From an uncultured Chryseolinea sp. (lineage in GTDB: Bacteria; Bacteroidota; Bacteroidia; Cytophagales; Cyclobacteriaceae): a stretch of DNA of 64,000 nucleotides. Each line of letters begins with the position of its first letter. Within the stretch, counting starts at the first letter, position 1. Below the pieces are notes generated by a model. It was not told the origin of the DNA. It saw only the letters and a list, made by a program, of their open reading frames with translations, and searched no databases. The stretch spans positions 2,878 through 66,877 of the forward strand of contig CAZAHL010000001.1 in NCBI GenBank assembly GCA_964484845.1, given 5' to 3'. The position numbers were made by a program, and so were the translations under genes. Of the stretch, positions 1 to 9,057 are shown one piece after another.

Positions 1-159
1 GGAAAAAATAATATCATTTCCACCGTGGCCTTCTACCGTTACTTTGCCAATATTAATTTCCAATCGCCCAGTATTTTTGGGTACTTTAAATTCCTGAGCA
101 CTTAAGCAGCCAGCCCAAATCAATGCGATCGCGAGCAGTCCTAATTTTTTAGTCTTCAT
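1..159 (-). CDS. Secreted hypothetical protein, N-terminal fragment (gene continues past the window edge)
   Basis: Not in the ORF track because it runs off the window. The reverse complement of 1..159 starts with ATG (157..159) and reads MKTKKLGLLAIALIWAGCLSAQEFKVPKNTGRLEINIGKVTVEGHGGNDIIFS. It has a hydrophobic signal peptide. It lies 41 bp downstream of the anti-sigma gene on the same strand. Confidence 0.5.
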   Translation of the reverse strand, partial: MKTKKLGLLAIALIWAGCLSAQEFKVPKNTGRLEINIGKVTVEGHGGNDIIFS

Positions 160-200
160 TTTAATGTCTATGTTATTTTATGTTTTCCGAGGAACTTCTA

Positions 201-971
201 TCACGAAAGTTTCATTAATCCCGAATACGCTTCATCTTTTACGGCGTTCATCGTTCCTTCATCGTCAACAATACGTTTCAAATCGTTTACTACAGCTTTC
301 TCTTTTATTTCTATCATGAGTTGAATCAAGGCGATCTGTACCATCGGATCTTTTTGATTGGTGAGAGATTCAATTAAAATTTTCCGTACGTGAGGCTCAT
401 GGTGAAATTTGCTCAAGGCATCCAGGGCGGCAAGCCTAACGTTTGTATTAGGATCTTCATTCATTCTTTTAGCCAGGGCTTTCACGACTTCATCGTCAGC
501 ATTTTGAATGGTCAGCGCTACATTAACTCCAAGCATCCTTTGACTGGCTGACTGTTTGTTCCCGATCAAGGACATCATCATCAATTTCGTTGCTTCCATC
601 TCCTTCTTGATTTTCGCAATCTCTTGTTGTTGATCGTTTTGTTTGCTGATCCAAAAACCAATTCCGCCGCCAATAATCAGTAAAGCAACCGCTGCAGCGA
701 CACGATAGAGTACCGGTTGAAATAAAATAGTTTTGTTCTTCTTATGTGAAATAATTTCTGACTTCAGCAGTTGGTCAAATTCGTGTTTTAATTTTGATGA
801 TGGTTCCAGGCTTGCGGCCTTATTCATCACCTGTATGACTTCTTTTAATTGTTCGTACACTTTAAAAGCTTCTGTATTTTGCATCAACTCCTGCTCCACC
901 GCTTTCCTTTCAGCTTCCGGTAGCTTCCCATCGATGTAGTCAATAAGTTGTGTTTCCAATTTTTCGTCCAT
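201..971 (-). CDS. Membrane-anchored anti-sigma factor with C-terminal HEAT-like repeats
   Basis: 256-aa ORF directly downstream of an ECF sigma gene. It has an N-terminal anti-sigma-like region (LIDYIDGKLPEAERKAVEQEL), one TM helix (VAAAVALLIIGGGIGFWI) and HEAT-type repeats (VRLAALDALSKF..., DPMVQIALIQLM). Confidence 0.6.
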   Translation of the reverse strand: MDEKLETQLIDYIDGKLPEAERKAVEQELMQNTEAFKVYEQLKEVIQVMNKAASLEPSSKLKHEFDQLLKSEIISHKKNKTILFQPVLYRVAAAVALLIIGGGIGFWISKQNDQQQEIAKIKKEMEATKLMMMSLIGNKQSASQRMLGVNVALTIQNADDEVVKALAKRMNEDPNTNVRLAALDALSKFHHEPHVRKILIESLTNQKDPMVQIALIQLMIEIKEKAVVNDLKRIVDDEGTMNAVKDEAYSGLMKLS

Positions 972-980
972 GGAGAAAAA

Positions 981-1080
981 GTTAATCGTTAATCGTTAAT
1001 CGTACTTTATATTTTTGTCATTATTCATTGCTCATTACTCATTATTCATTGCTCATTGCTCATTGCAAATTGCTCATTGC
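981..1080. repeat. Two adjacent heptamer tandem arrays: (TTAATCG)x3 at 981..1004 and (TCATTRY-like)x9 at 1018..1080
   Basis: Read directly from the sequence: g-ttaatcg-ttaatcg-ttaatcg-ta, then tcattat tcattgc tcattac tcattat tcattgc tcattgc tcattgc aaattgc tcattgc. On the coding (minus) strand the second array reads GCAATGA-like units. The last three units encode the sigma factor C-terminus AMSNLQ plus its stop codon. Confidence 0.9.
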
Positions 1081-1602
1081 AAAATAGTGTTCTCTTAATT
1101 TTGCAATCGCACGGTGCACTTTTACTTTTATATTAGCCACGGTGGTGTTCATAATCACAGCGACTTCTTCATACTTCATATGCTGAAAGCGAGTAAGTAC
1201 TAAGAGTTCGCGTTGCTCTTCATTCAGCATGGCCATAGATTGGTGCAATAATTTTTCCTGTTCGTCCATCTCGTCATTTCCTTCAGTATCCGGTATATGA
1301 TCGCTCACTTTCTCCACGTCTATAAAATCAGAAAATCTATTTTTATGTGCCTGATAATGGTCAGAAAAAATATTTCGTGCGACCTGGTAAATCCAGGATT
1401 GAAACCGAAGTCCTTCGCGGTAACTGCTCCGGTATTTGATAATTCTCAGAAAAACATTCTGAGTCAGGTCCTCTGCCAGCGCTCGATCCATGGTCATTCG
1501 GGCGAGAAAATTATATATTCGCTTGTTATACCGTTCAAAAAGCAAGGAAGCCTGCTGCAGATCACCGCTTTTTACGGCCTCCATGATCATTTCGTCTGTC
1601 AT
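1060..1602 (-). CDS. ECF-family RNA polymerase sigma-70 factor
   Basis: 180 aa. Region 2 (DLTQNVFLRIIKYRSSYREGLRFQSWIYQVARNIFSDHY) and region 4 (LNEEQRELLVLTRFQHMKYEEVAVIMNTTVANIKVKVHRAIAKLRE) are typical of ECF sigmas. An anti-sigma gene follows. Confidence 0.85.
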   Translation of the reverse strand: MTDEMIMEAVKSGDLQQASLLFERYNKRIYNFLARMTMDRALAEDLTQNVFLRIIKYRSSYREGLRFQSWIYQVARNIFSDHYQAHKNRFSDFIDVEKVSDHIPDTEGNDEMDEQEKLLHQSMAMLNEEQRELLVLTRFQHMKYEEVAVIMNTTVANIKVKVHRAIAKLREHYFAMSNLQ

Positions 1603-2066
1603 CCGATCTGTGCTTTTTGTTTCGTTTCGTGTTAGTTACCGGGAGGTGTTGTAAAGGTTACAGTTACCATTAAGAATTTAATTGCATTCGTCGGACGACC
1701 CAGCAGATCGGACGATGCCGCTAAGAGTTACGGTTTTTTAAGGAATAAAAAAAGTTTCACAAAAGTGCGAATTGCTGGATTCTGGGGAAATCTGGACGCC
1801 AGTCTATTGCTAGTTCTTTTATGCCATCATACAAGATAGGTTGCATTACATAACAATGGTTGGAACTTTTATATATGACTTCATTATTATGTCGAGCCAC
1901 AATATATTCCAGTTGTTGTAAGTTCTTTGACGTGATGTGTTGATAAACAAATTTCCTAAAAGCAGGTATAGCTATTGTTTATCTGCATCTTTGGGTCTTC
2001 AAAATAAACTATGATACATTTTTACTTTCGGTAGGATTTTTGTGTCTAAGTAAAAAACAATAAACT

Positions 2067-2762
2067 ATGCGATTTAATATTCTGATTATTTTTTTGATGG
2101 CAACCCTCACTGTCTTTGGGCAGGAAGTTTTTAAAGGTGAGCATTTTATCGAAGTCACTGGAACGGCAGAAATGGAAGTAGAGCCAAATGAGATTTTTCT
2201 TTTTGTGAAGCTTCGTGAGTTTGAAGAGAATCGGGCCAAGGTTCAATTGGAAAAACTGGATCAGGAATTCTTACAGGCAGTAAAAGCAGCAGGCATTGAT
2301 AAAAAAAATGTTACCCTGGCTGATGCAGGTTCTACTCTTTCGCGGATTCGCAGGAAAGATAAAGATGCGTTTCGGGAAAAATCGTACGAAATAAAGCTCA
2401 CTAACGCCGCAGAACTGGAGAAATTCCTAGTGAAAATCGAACCTGTTAAAGTGAACCAGCTTGATTTGACCCGCCTTCACCACACAGACATGGAAAAATT
2501 TAAAATAGAATTAAAAGTTAAGGCCTTACAAGCAGCACAAACAAAAGCACAAACTTTACTTAAGTCGATTGGTGCCGAAATTGGGAAACCCATTATGGTG
2601 CGAGATTGGGATCAAGATCCTGTTCAGCCACTTCCTCAGGTCCGCGCCAATGTTATGTACAAACTTGAGGAAGCAGATATGAACCAAATGGAAGAAGAAC
2701 AAATCGGGTTTCGTAAGTTAAAGTTGAGGGCACAAATTACAGCGCAGTTCGAGATCAAATAA
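2067..2762 (+). CDS. SIMPL/DUF541-like secreted protein
   Basis: 231 aa with a signal peptide (MRFNILIIFLMATLTVFGQ). The opening IEVTGTAEMEVEPNEIFLFV and the overall size resemble the SIMPL (26-kDa periplasmic immunogenic protein) family. Recognised by eye only. Confidence 0.55.
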   Translation: MRFNILIIFLMATLTVFGQEVFKGEHFIEVTGTAEMEVEPNEIFLFVKLREFEENRAKVQLEKLDQEFLQAVKAAGIDKKNVTLADAGSTLSRIRRKDKDAFREKSYEIKLTNAAELEKFLVKIEPVKVNQLDLTRLHHTDMEKFKIELKVKALQAAQTKAQTLLKSIGAEIGKPIMVRDWDQDPVQPLPQVRANVMYKLEEADMNQMEEEQIGFRKLKLRAQITAQFEIK

Positions 2763-2854
2763 TTTCCCGAAAAGATTTATCGGGGTAAAATGTAATGATA
2801 AAGTGTCAGTTGACATTCGTTATACGCATGCAACTTACAAGCTACATGGTACTA

Positions 2855-3310
2855 TCAACTTTTCTTAATACTGGCCCAAACTATAAGACAAAGCGCAAAA
2901 AAAGAAGTGAATGTTCTTACGATATGCAGCGACCACCACTTATCTCGTAATTCAATCCAGTTGTCTGGTGGAGCATCAGGGCTCCATGTCATTACTATAC
3001 TATTAATAGGTTGATTCCCAAACTTGGTTACGAGACCACCTATTATTATAAAGACAGCTGCAATTAGCAATGTTATAAAAGCAGTTTTATTCGCTCTTTG
3101 CAAAAAAGCACCAATCACTGTGACGACAATTGTAATCAATCCTAGAACAGGCATCAGAACATTAAAGGCATTGATAACACTTTGCTGCTGCTCTATGTAA
3201 GTATGCGCCGATAGTTCTTTGGGATTATAACCTAACCAGACCCCACAAAGAATTCCAGCTATTAGAGAAATAAGTATAACGTTTACAAATCGAAACAGGA
3301 GCGGTGTCAT
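2855..3310 (-). CDS. Small integral membrane protein, DUF1772 (anthrone-oxygenase-like) type
   Basis: 151 aa with four predicted TM helices. The layout and N-terminus (FVNVILISLIAGILCGVWLGYNP) look like DUF1772. Low-certainty family call. Confidence 0.45.
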   Translation of the reverse strand: MTPLLFRFVNVILISLIAGILCGVWLGYNPKELSAHTYIEQQQSVINAFNVLMPVLGLITIVVTVIGAFLQRANKTAFITLLIAAVFIIIGGLVTKFGNQPINSIVMTWSPDAPPDNWIELRDKWWSLHIVRTFTSFFALCLIVWASIKKS

Positions 3311-3385
3311 ATTGACGCGTTGAAATGAATGGTAAATATAACCATTGATTATGTAAGTGGAATAAATGGAGTAATCGAGAGGATA

Positions 3386-5644
3386 TCAACTACTTGGTTT
3401 TATTGTTTTATGATGATCGAGGCCGTGAGGGCTTAAACTTTTATCAGGTGAAGCCCAATAAAGGGTTTTAAGATTTATAGATTCAATTTTGTCACTCCCT
3501 TCTGTGATCTTAATGAATTGGTTAGGTTGTATGTTGTGAAAAACCTGAACTTCATTGCTGCCATGCCATTTTATTTCGATCTCCTCTATTAGTTCAGCTC
3601 CACCTACTCCGATTTCCCTTCGCAGTGGCGAAGCTCCAAAACTCCCGCCCGAATTAACATCCCGGTAAACACTTCGTGTAACACCATTTTCTTTGAAGGT
3701 GACCTTTACCCGGGTACCTATCGCTGCACGATTTGATTTTGTTCCTTCTAAACTAAGGCAGATCCAGTTATTATCACTTTGTCCGGGATTCAGAAAAAAT
3801 GAATTTTGATAAGCATCTCCAAGGTATGCGCCACCCATGTCAATATGGATGTCCTGGTCGCCATCGTTATCCATGTCAGCGAATGAAACTCCGTGGCCCT
3901 TTTGAAGATTTCCTACTCTTGCCGAGGCTGTGACATCGACGAACTTCTGACCCGCGATATTTTTAAACATTTTATTTGGAACAAGGGCCTTATAATCCGG
4001 GCTGCCTGTGCCTAAGTACATATCCAGGAACCCATCATTGTCAATGTCACCAAAATTGGATCCCATGGCAAACACATTTTTATCAAGCCCAATTTCGTTG
4101 GCCACATTTGTAAATGTGCCATCATGATTATTTTTGTATAAAAGCATTTTTTCTGGACTCCCAAGAGAGAAGTCGAGATTTTCAGCTGCAGTATACCAGC
4201 CCAACGATCTGTCAAATGAATAGTCGCAAGTGAAGATATCTAACCATCCATCATTATTGTAATCCCAAAACCAGGTTGGAAAAGTATGACCACGTTCCTT
4301 GTTCAGTCCAGCCTGTGCTGTGGCATCTTCAAATATTATTTCTCCGCCTTCCGTTCCTTTGTTTTTTAAAAGCTTCCGCTCACCATTCATTGTAGAAATA
4401 AAAATATCCTGCCAGCCGTCATTGTTATAATCGCCTGACGTTACACCTTTTACAAACCGCACTAAATTGCATTGTGCTTTTTTCGCAATCTCTCTAAAGG
4501 TTCCATCCTGGTTGTTGATGTAAAGTTCGCAAGGATGAGCTTCCTGTACTCCGCCCGTTGCAGTCTCATTTCCAATAAATAGATCAAGCCAGCCATCATT
4601 GTTAAAATCATTCCACGTTGCCGTTTGAGTAGGATGAAAGGAGAGCAGACCGCTTTGAGTGGTTACGTCCATAAAAGTACCATCACCGTTATTTTTAAGC
4701 AATGAATTAGGTTCCTTTCCGAATTCATTCTTCCAAGCTCCACGCAACACAAGGACATCCTTATAACCATCATTGTTATAGTCCGCCTGCATAATATTTA
4801 ACCCACCGGTGATTCCCTGAAGCCCTACCTTCTCTGAAAGATCACTGAACGTTCCATCTGCATTGTTTTTGAAATAGTGTAACGGGTCAGTTATGCCCCA
4901 GCTAGAGGTCATAAGGTCTAAATAACCATCATTATCAAAATCCTCGACTATACTTCCACCAGCCATATTCTTGGTGTCAAGTTTTAAATTCCCAGCAATG
5001 TCCTGAAACGCATTTACCTTATATGTTGTGTCGCCTTCCATACCAGGTATCAAAAACCGGGGGCTTATGCCCTTTGGATATTCTCCAAGCGTCATGTAAG
5101 CGATGTTAAGAAGCCATCCTGACTCGAGATCTTCCTGATTATTATTTTTTGATAGCAGTTTTTGATAAATCTCGATCGCCTTCCTTGAACCCGTTTGATC
5201 GGTGTGAATTCCCATACCTTTTACTGGCAAGATGCAGGATTCAACTGAGTGGTTAGCGATGCAATTAACTCGTTCGCCTTGCCTTAAATATCCCAGCGCC
5301 AGGTCTTTCCAAATCAATTCAAAGGCATAGTTCTTATCTTCTTTTGTCAGTTCTTCAAGGATTGCAATTGCTTCATCTTCCTGTCCCAATTGAAGCAGAA
5401 TATTTGCCTTTAAATAATTGCAATAGCGAATCTGGCTGGGTGTGCTGTGGGGTAATTGCAATAGCGAATCCATACGAGCCAAACCAATTAACGGTTGCCA
5501 TTGATTTTTTGAAACCTGTGATTCTCTATTAAATTTTTTAAGGATCGCGACCATTTCTTCATGACAGGAAGGTGATTGCCAACAGGACGGCGTTGAAATA
5601 AAAATCAAAGCGAACGCGATTGCTGAAAATATTTTTGGTTTCAA
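3386..5644 (-). CDS. CRTAC1-family lipoprotein (TPR-like N-terminal module, FG-GAP/VCBS repeats, UnbV_ASPIC C-terminal domain), paralog 1
   Basis: 752 aa with a lipoprotein-like signal peptide. It has repeated Ca-binding-type DxDxDG motifs (FDNDGYLD, YNNDGYKD, FNNDGWLD, YNNDGWQD, DIDNDGFLD, DMDNDGDQD). The UnbV_ASPIC-like tail reads NNWICLSLEGTKSNRAAIGTRVKV...VNSGGSFGASPLRREIGVG. Confidence 0.85.
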   Translation of the reverse strand: MKPKIFSAIAFALIFISTPSCWQSPSCHEEMVAILKKFNRESQVSKNQWQPLIGLARMDSLLQLPHSTPSQIRYCNYLKANILLQLGQEDEAIAILEELTKEDKNYAFELIWKDLALGYLRQGERVNCIANHSVESCILPVKGMGIHTDQTGSRKAIEIYQKLLSKNNNQEDLESGWLLNIAYMTLGEYPKGISPRFLIPGMEGDTTYKVNAFQDIAGNLKLDTKNMAGGSIVEDFDNDGYLDLMTSSWGITDPLHYFKNNADGTFSDLSEKVGLQGITGGLNIMQADYNNDGYKDVLVLRGAWKNEFGKEPNSLLKNNGDGTFMDVTTQSGLLSFHPTQTATWNDFNNDGWLDLFIGNETATGGVQEAHPCELYINNQDGTFREIAKKAQCNLVRFVKGVTSGDYNNDGWQDIFISTMNGERKLLKNKGTEGGEIIFEDATAQAGLNKERGHTFPTWFWDYNNDGWLDIFTCDYSFDRSLGWYTAAENLDFSLGSPEKMLLYKNNHDGTFTNVANEIGLDKNVFAMGSNFGDIDNDGFLDMYLGTGSPDYKALVPNKMFKNIAGQKFVDVTASARVGNLQKGHGVSFADMDNDGDQDIHIDMGGAYLGDAYQNSFFLNPGQSDNNWICLSLEGTKSNRAAIGTRVKVTFKENGVTRSVYRDVNSGGSFGASPLRREIGVGGAELIEEIEIKWHGSNEVQVFHNIQPNQFIKITEGSDKIESINLKTLYWASPDKSLSPHGLDHHKTIKPSS

Positions 5645-5670
5645 AATTTTATTATTTTAAGAGTTCTATA

Positions 5671-6735
5671 TCATTTTTTTAACTTTTTTTCAGCCAGCGC
5701 GGTGCCTTGAATGCGGGATTGTATCTTGGCAAAAGCTGTTTCCCGTGCCGTTGAAATATCATCAGCAAAGGGTGAAAAACCACAATCATCGGTAGTACCC
5801 AACTGGTCAATCGGAATAATCTCAGCTGCTTCTAGGATTAGATCTCTTATTTCTTCCGGCGTTTCAATACGGGGATGCAATACATTGGTGACGCCAATGA
5901 AAATGCGTTGTCCCGGTTTTACAGATTCTTTTATGGCATGAAGAACTTTGCCTTTATTTTTTTCAGCTGCATATTCGAGATAAAAATTGCCTGCCTTTAA
6001 CTCGAATAAATAGGGAAGCAACTCAGCATAATCTATTTCAGCGCTGTGGGTTGAGTCGTGATCACCCCCCGGACACGTATGAACACCAATTTTTTTTCGT
6101 TCTGCTTCAGTGAATCGGTCGAGCACCTGATTGTTCAAATCCACAAACATCCTCAACAGTCCTTTCGATGGATCAAGTTTAATAGACAGTCTCGCTTCTG
6201 TAAAATCAATCTGAACATTGTATGCACCACTTTTCAAACATCGCCTAATATCGGCTTCTGCTTCATTGATAAGGTCTGTGATGAATTGTTCTCTGGGGTA
6301 ATTTGCAATTCCTTCCTGCGGATAAAGTAAGCTTAGGGCGGATGCTGAAATTACGGCTTGCTTTACTGGTAGCTTGGTAAATTTCATTGCTTTTTCAAGA
6401 TAACTGCTTGCAAAAGTCTGGTAACGAAATACTCCAGAAGTAAGCTTAGGAAGTTGACGCGTATGTCCGTCAGCAAACGGAATGACCACACCATCCGAGG
6501 AAAGATGCTTCATGCCATGAACAGGATAGGTAGCAAAACTCGGTTTCGATTGTTCTCCATCGGTAATGACAGGTGAGCCCGTTTGTTCAAACAGACTCAG
6601 CGTTTCTCTTATTGCCTGACCTTTGAGCTCTGACAATTCGCTTTCTTTAATTTGTCCCTTTGAAAAATTATTCATCGCCTCGATCAAATATGCTGGCCTT
6701 GGAATACTACCAATAGGTTCGGTTTGAATTTTCAT
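5671..6735 (-). CDS. Cobalamin-independent methionine synthase (MetE C-terminal domain)-like protein
   Basis: 354 aa. The N-terminus TEPIGSIPRP, the zinc-ligand-like HTCPGGDH and the C-terminal DDCGFSPF match the short MetE-like / methionine synthase II family. Confidence 0.75.
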   Translation of the reverse strand: MKIQTEPIGSIPRPAYLIEAMNNFSKGQIKESELSELKGQAIRETLSLFEQTGSPVITDGEQSKPSFATYPVHGMKHLSSDGVVIPFADGHTRQLPKLTSGVFRYQTFASSYLEKAMKFTKLPVKQAVISASALSLLYPQEGIANYPREQFITDLINEAEADIRRCLKSGAYNVQIDFTEARLSIKLDPSKGLLRMFVDLNNQVLDRFTEAERKKIGVHTCPGGDHDSTHSAEIDYAELLPYLFELKAGNFYLEYAAEKNKGKVLHAIKESVKPGQRIFIGVTNVLHPRIETPEEIRDLILEAAEIIPIDQLGTTDDCGFSPFADDISTARETAFAKIQSRIQGTALAEKKLKK

Positions 6736-6804
6736 AAATTTAAATTTTTAGAGTTTGATGTAAGGATTCCTTTTGCGAAAAAAAATAACGATATGCCTAC
6801 CTTG

Positions 6805-9057
6805 TTAATTTTTAAATGTCATAGACCCCAGCGGATAACATAGTCTGTCTGGTAGTATCCAACTTATCGTTTTTAGATCTACCTGCGTAATATTATCGCT
6901 GCCCTCTGTAATCTTTATGAATTGGTTGGGTTTGATATCCTTGAATACCTGAACGGAACCGCTTCCATGCCAGCGAATTTCCAATTGATCGATCTTTTCT
7001 GTTTGTCCCAATCCAATCTCCCTTCTCAAGGGCGAAGACCCAAAGCTTCCACCCGAATTAACATCACGATAGACGCTACGCGAAATCCCATTTTCCTTGA
7101 ATGTAATTTTTATGCTTGTGCCAATCGCAGTACGATTTGCTTTAGTACCCTCCAGTTTCAAATTGATCCATTTGTTATCGTTTTGTCCGGGGTTAAGAAA
7201 AAATGAGTTTTGATAAGAGTCGCCAGAAAAAGCTCCGCCCATTTCAATATAAATATCCTGGTCACCATCATTATCCATATCTGCAAATGAAACACCGTGT
7301 CCCTTTTGCAAATGTCCTACGCGTGCCGAAGCAGTAACATCAGCGAATTTTTTTCCACCTTCAATGCTCTTGAACATTTTATTGGGTACAAGTGACTGGT
7401 ATCTGGGATTCCCGGTCCCCAAGTACATGTCGAGAAAACCATCGTTATCGATGTCTCCGAAATTGGCCCCCATTAAAAAAACAGTTTTATCCAAACCAAC
7501 TTCCTTTGCTACATTGGTAAAGGTTCCATTCTGGTTGTTTTTAAACAAAAGCATATGGCCCGAAGTGCCCTTTGAAATCTCAAGCTTTTCAGCGGCAGCA
7601 TAGTATGCTAAAGATTTTTCGAATGTATAATCGCCTGTTAGTATGTCTAGCCAGCCATCATTGTTATAATCCCAGAACCACGTTGTAAAAGTTCTACCCG
7701 AATCAATATCTAAGCCAGCTTGTTTGGTAACATTTTCAAACAAGACCTCATTTCCCTTTACTCCCTTGTTCTCCAGTAATTTTCTTCCTCCATCCAGTGT
7801 TGAGATGAAAATGTCTTTCCATCCATCGTTGTTATAATCACCTGAAGTAACGCCCTTCACAAAATTTAAGACGGCACAGTGCGCCTGGGTTGCGACCTCT
7901 CTAAAAGTTCCGTCCTGATTGTTTATGTAAAGCTCACACGGATGTTGTTCTTTGAAGGCCGTAGGCGTAGTTTCGTTTCCGATAAAAAGATCAAGCCAGC
8001 CATCGTTGTTGAAATCATTCCAGGTCGCTGTCTGTGTCGGATGAAACGAAAGCAAGCCGCTTTGTGTGGTAACGTCAGTGAAGGTACCGTCACCGTTGTT
8101 TTTAATTAGTGAGTTAGGTTCTTTGCCAAATTCGTCTTTCCACGCGCCTCGCAACACCAAAATATCAATAAACCCATCGTTATTGTAGTCAGCCTGGGTG
8201 GTATTTAGTCCGCCTGTAATATCCTTTAATCCAGACTTCTCCGTAATGTCGCTAAATGTACCATTGGCATTGTTTTTAAAATAATGCATCTTATCTCCCA
8301 ATCCCCAGGATGACATGACGATGTCAAGATATCCATCATTATTGAAATCTTCCGTGATGCTCCCGCCGGCCATATTGTTAATATTTAATTTCAGATCGCC
8401 GGCAACATCTTCAAAGGCATTGACTTTAAAAGTAGTATCGCCCGCCATACCTGGTATGTAAAATGCCGGAGGTACCTTTTCTGGATACTCTCCAAGGGTC
8501 ATATATGCGATGTTAAGGAGCCATTTAGATTCGATATCGTACGCGTCTTTCCTAAGAATTTCCTGATATACAGCAATGGCTTTTCTTGATCCTTCCGCGT
8601 CCTCATGAATACCTAAACCCTGAATTGGCAAAATACAAGACTCTGCCGCGTGATTCGAAACGCAATTAGAACGCTCTCCGAGTCTCATATAAGCCATTGC
8701 AAGATCTTTCTTAATTCGCGGCAGCCCATACGATTCATCATTCTTAGCCAGGCGCTCTAATATTCTGATCGCTTCCTTTTCCTGGCCAAGCTCTAACAGA
8801 ATATTAGCCTTTAAATAACTGCAATATCTGATCTCACCCGGAGTACTATGTTCTAAGGATAGTAGTGAATCCATATACGGCAGTTTGGCTTCCGGATTAA
8901 ATGCATTCTTAGGCCCAAATGATTCTTTTTGAATTTTTTTTAACATACGGACCATTTCTTCATGACAGGATGCCCGCGGTTGTAATTCCATGCTGCAAGA
9001 CAACAAGAAGAAAAGTGTTATTGACAACGTTGATATTGATAGTAATTTTGATTTCAT
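6805..9057 (-). CDS. CRTAC1-family lipoprotein (FG-GAP/VCBS + UnbV_ASPIC), paralog 2
   Basis: 750 aa, colinear with paralog 1 and sharing long identical blocks such as TTQSGLLSFHPTQTATWNDFNNDGWLDLFIGNET and HPCELYINNQDGTFRE. Lipobox-like LLSC. Confidence 0.85.
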   Translation of the reverse strand: MKSKLLSISTLSITLFFLLSCSMELQPRASCHEEMVRMLKKIQKESFGPKNAFNPEAKLPYMDSLLSLEHSTPGEIRYCSYLKANILLELGQEKEAIRILERLAKNDESYGLPRIKKDLAMAYMRLGERSNCVSNHAAESCILPIQGLGIHEDAEGSRKAIAVYQEILRKDAYDIESKWLLNIAYMTLGEYPEKVPPAFYIPGMAGDTTFKVNAFEDVAGDLKLNINNMAGGSITEDFNNDGYLDIVMSSWGLGDKMHYFKNNANGTFSDITEKSGLKDITGGLNTTQADYNNDGFIDILVLRGAWKDEFGKEPNSLIKNNGDGTFTDVTTQSGLLSFHPTQTATWNDFNNDGWLDLFIGNETTPTAFKEQHPCELYINNQDGTFREVATQAHCAVLNFVKGVTSGDYNNDGWKDIFISTLDGGRKLLENKGVKGNEVLFENVTKQAGLDIDSGRTFTTWFWDYNNDGWLDILTGDYTFEKSLAYYAAAEKLEISKGTSGHMLLFKNNQNGTFTNVAKEVGLDKTVFLMGANFGDIDNDGFLDMYLGTGNPRYQSLVPNKMFKSIEGGKKFADVTASARVGHLQKGHGVSFADMDNDGDQDIYIEMGGAFSGDSYQNSFFLNPGQNDNKWINLKLEGTKANRTAIGTSIKITFKENGISRSVYRDVNSGGSFGSSPLRREIGLGQTEKIDQLEIRWHGSGSVQVFKDIKPNQFIKITEGSDNITQVDLKTISWILPDRLCYPLGSMTFKN

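Noticed and set aside
1757-1978. 73-codon open frame on the minus strand in the 465-bp spacer between the sigma gene and the SIMPL-like gene (...KFVYQHITSKNLQQLEYIVARHNNEVIYKSSNHCYVMQPILYDGIKELAIDWRPDFPRIQQFALL).
   Set aside because: It has no ATG until 29 codons from the end, and I recognised no domain. It could be a gene remnant, but I cannot support that from sequence alone.
6736-6804. Searched for a cobalamin or SAM riboswitch upstream of the MetE-like gene.
   Set aside because: The spacer is only 69 bp and AT-rich. It shows no conserved riboswitch core such as a B12 box. The gene looks co-transcribed with the upstream CRTAC1-like gene.
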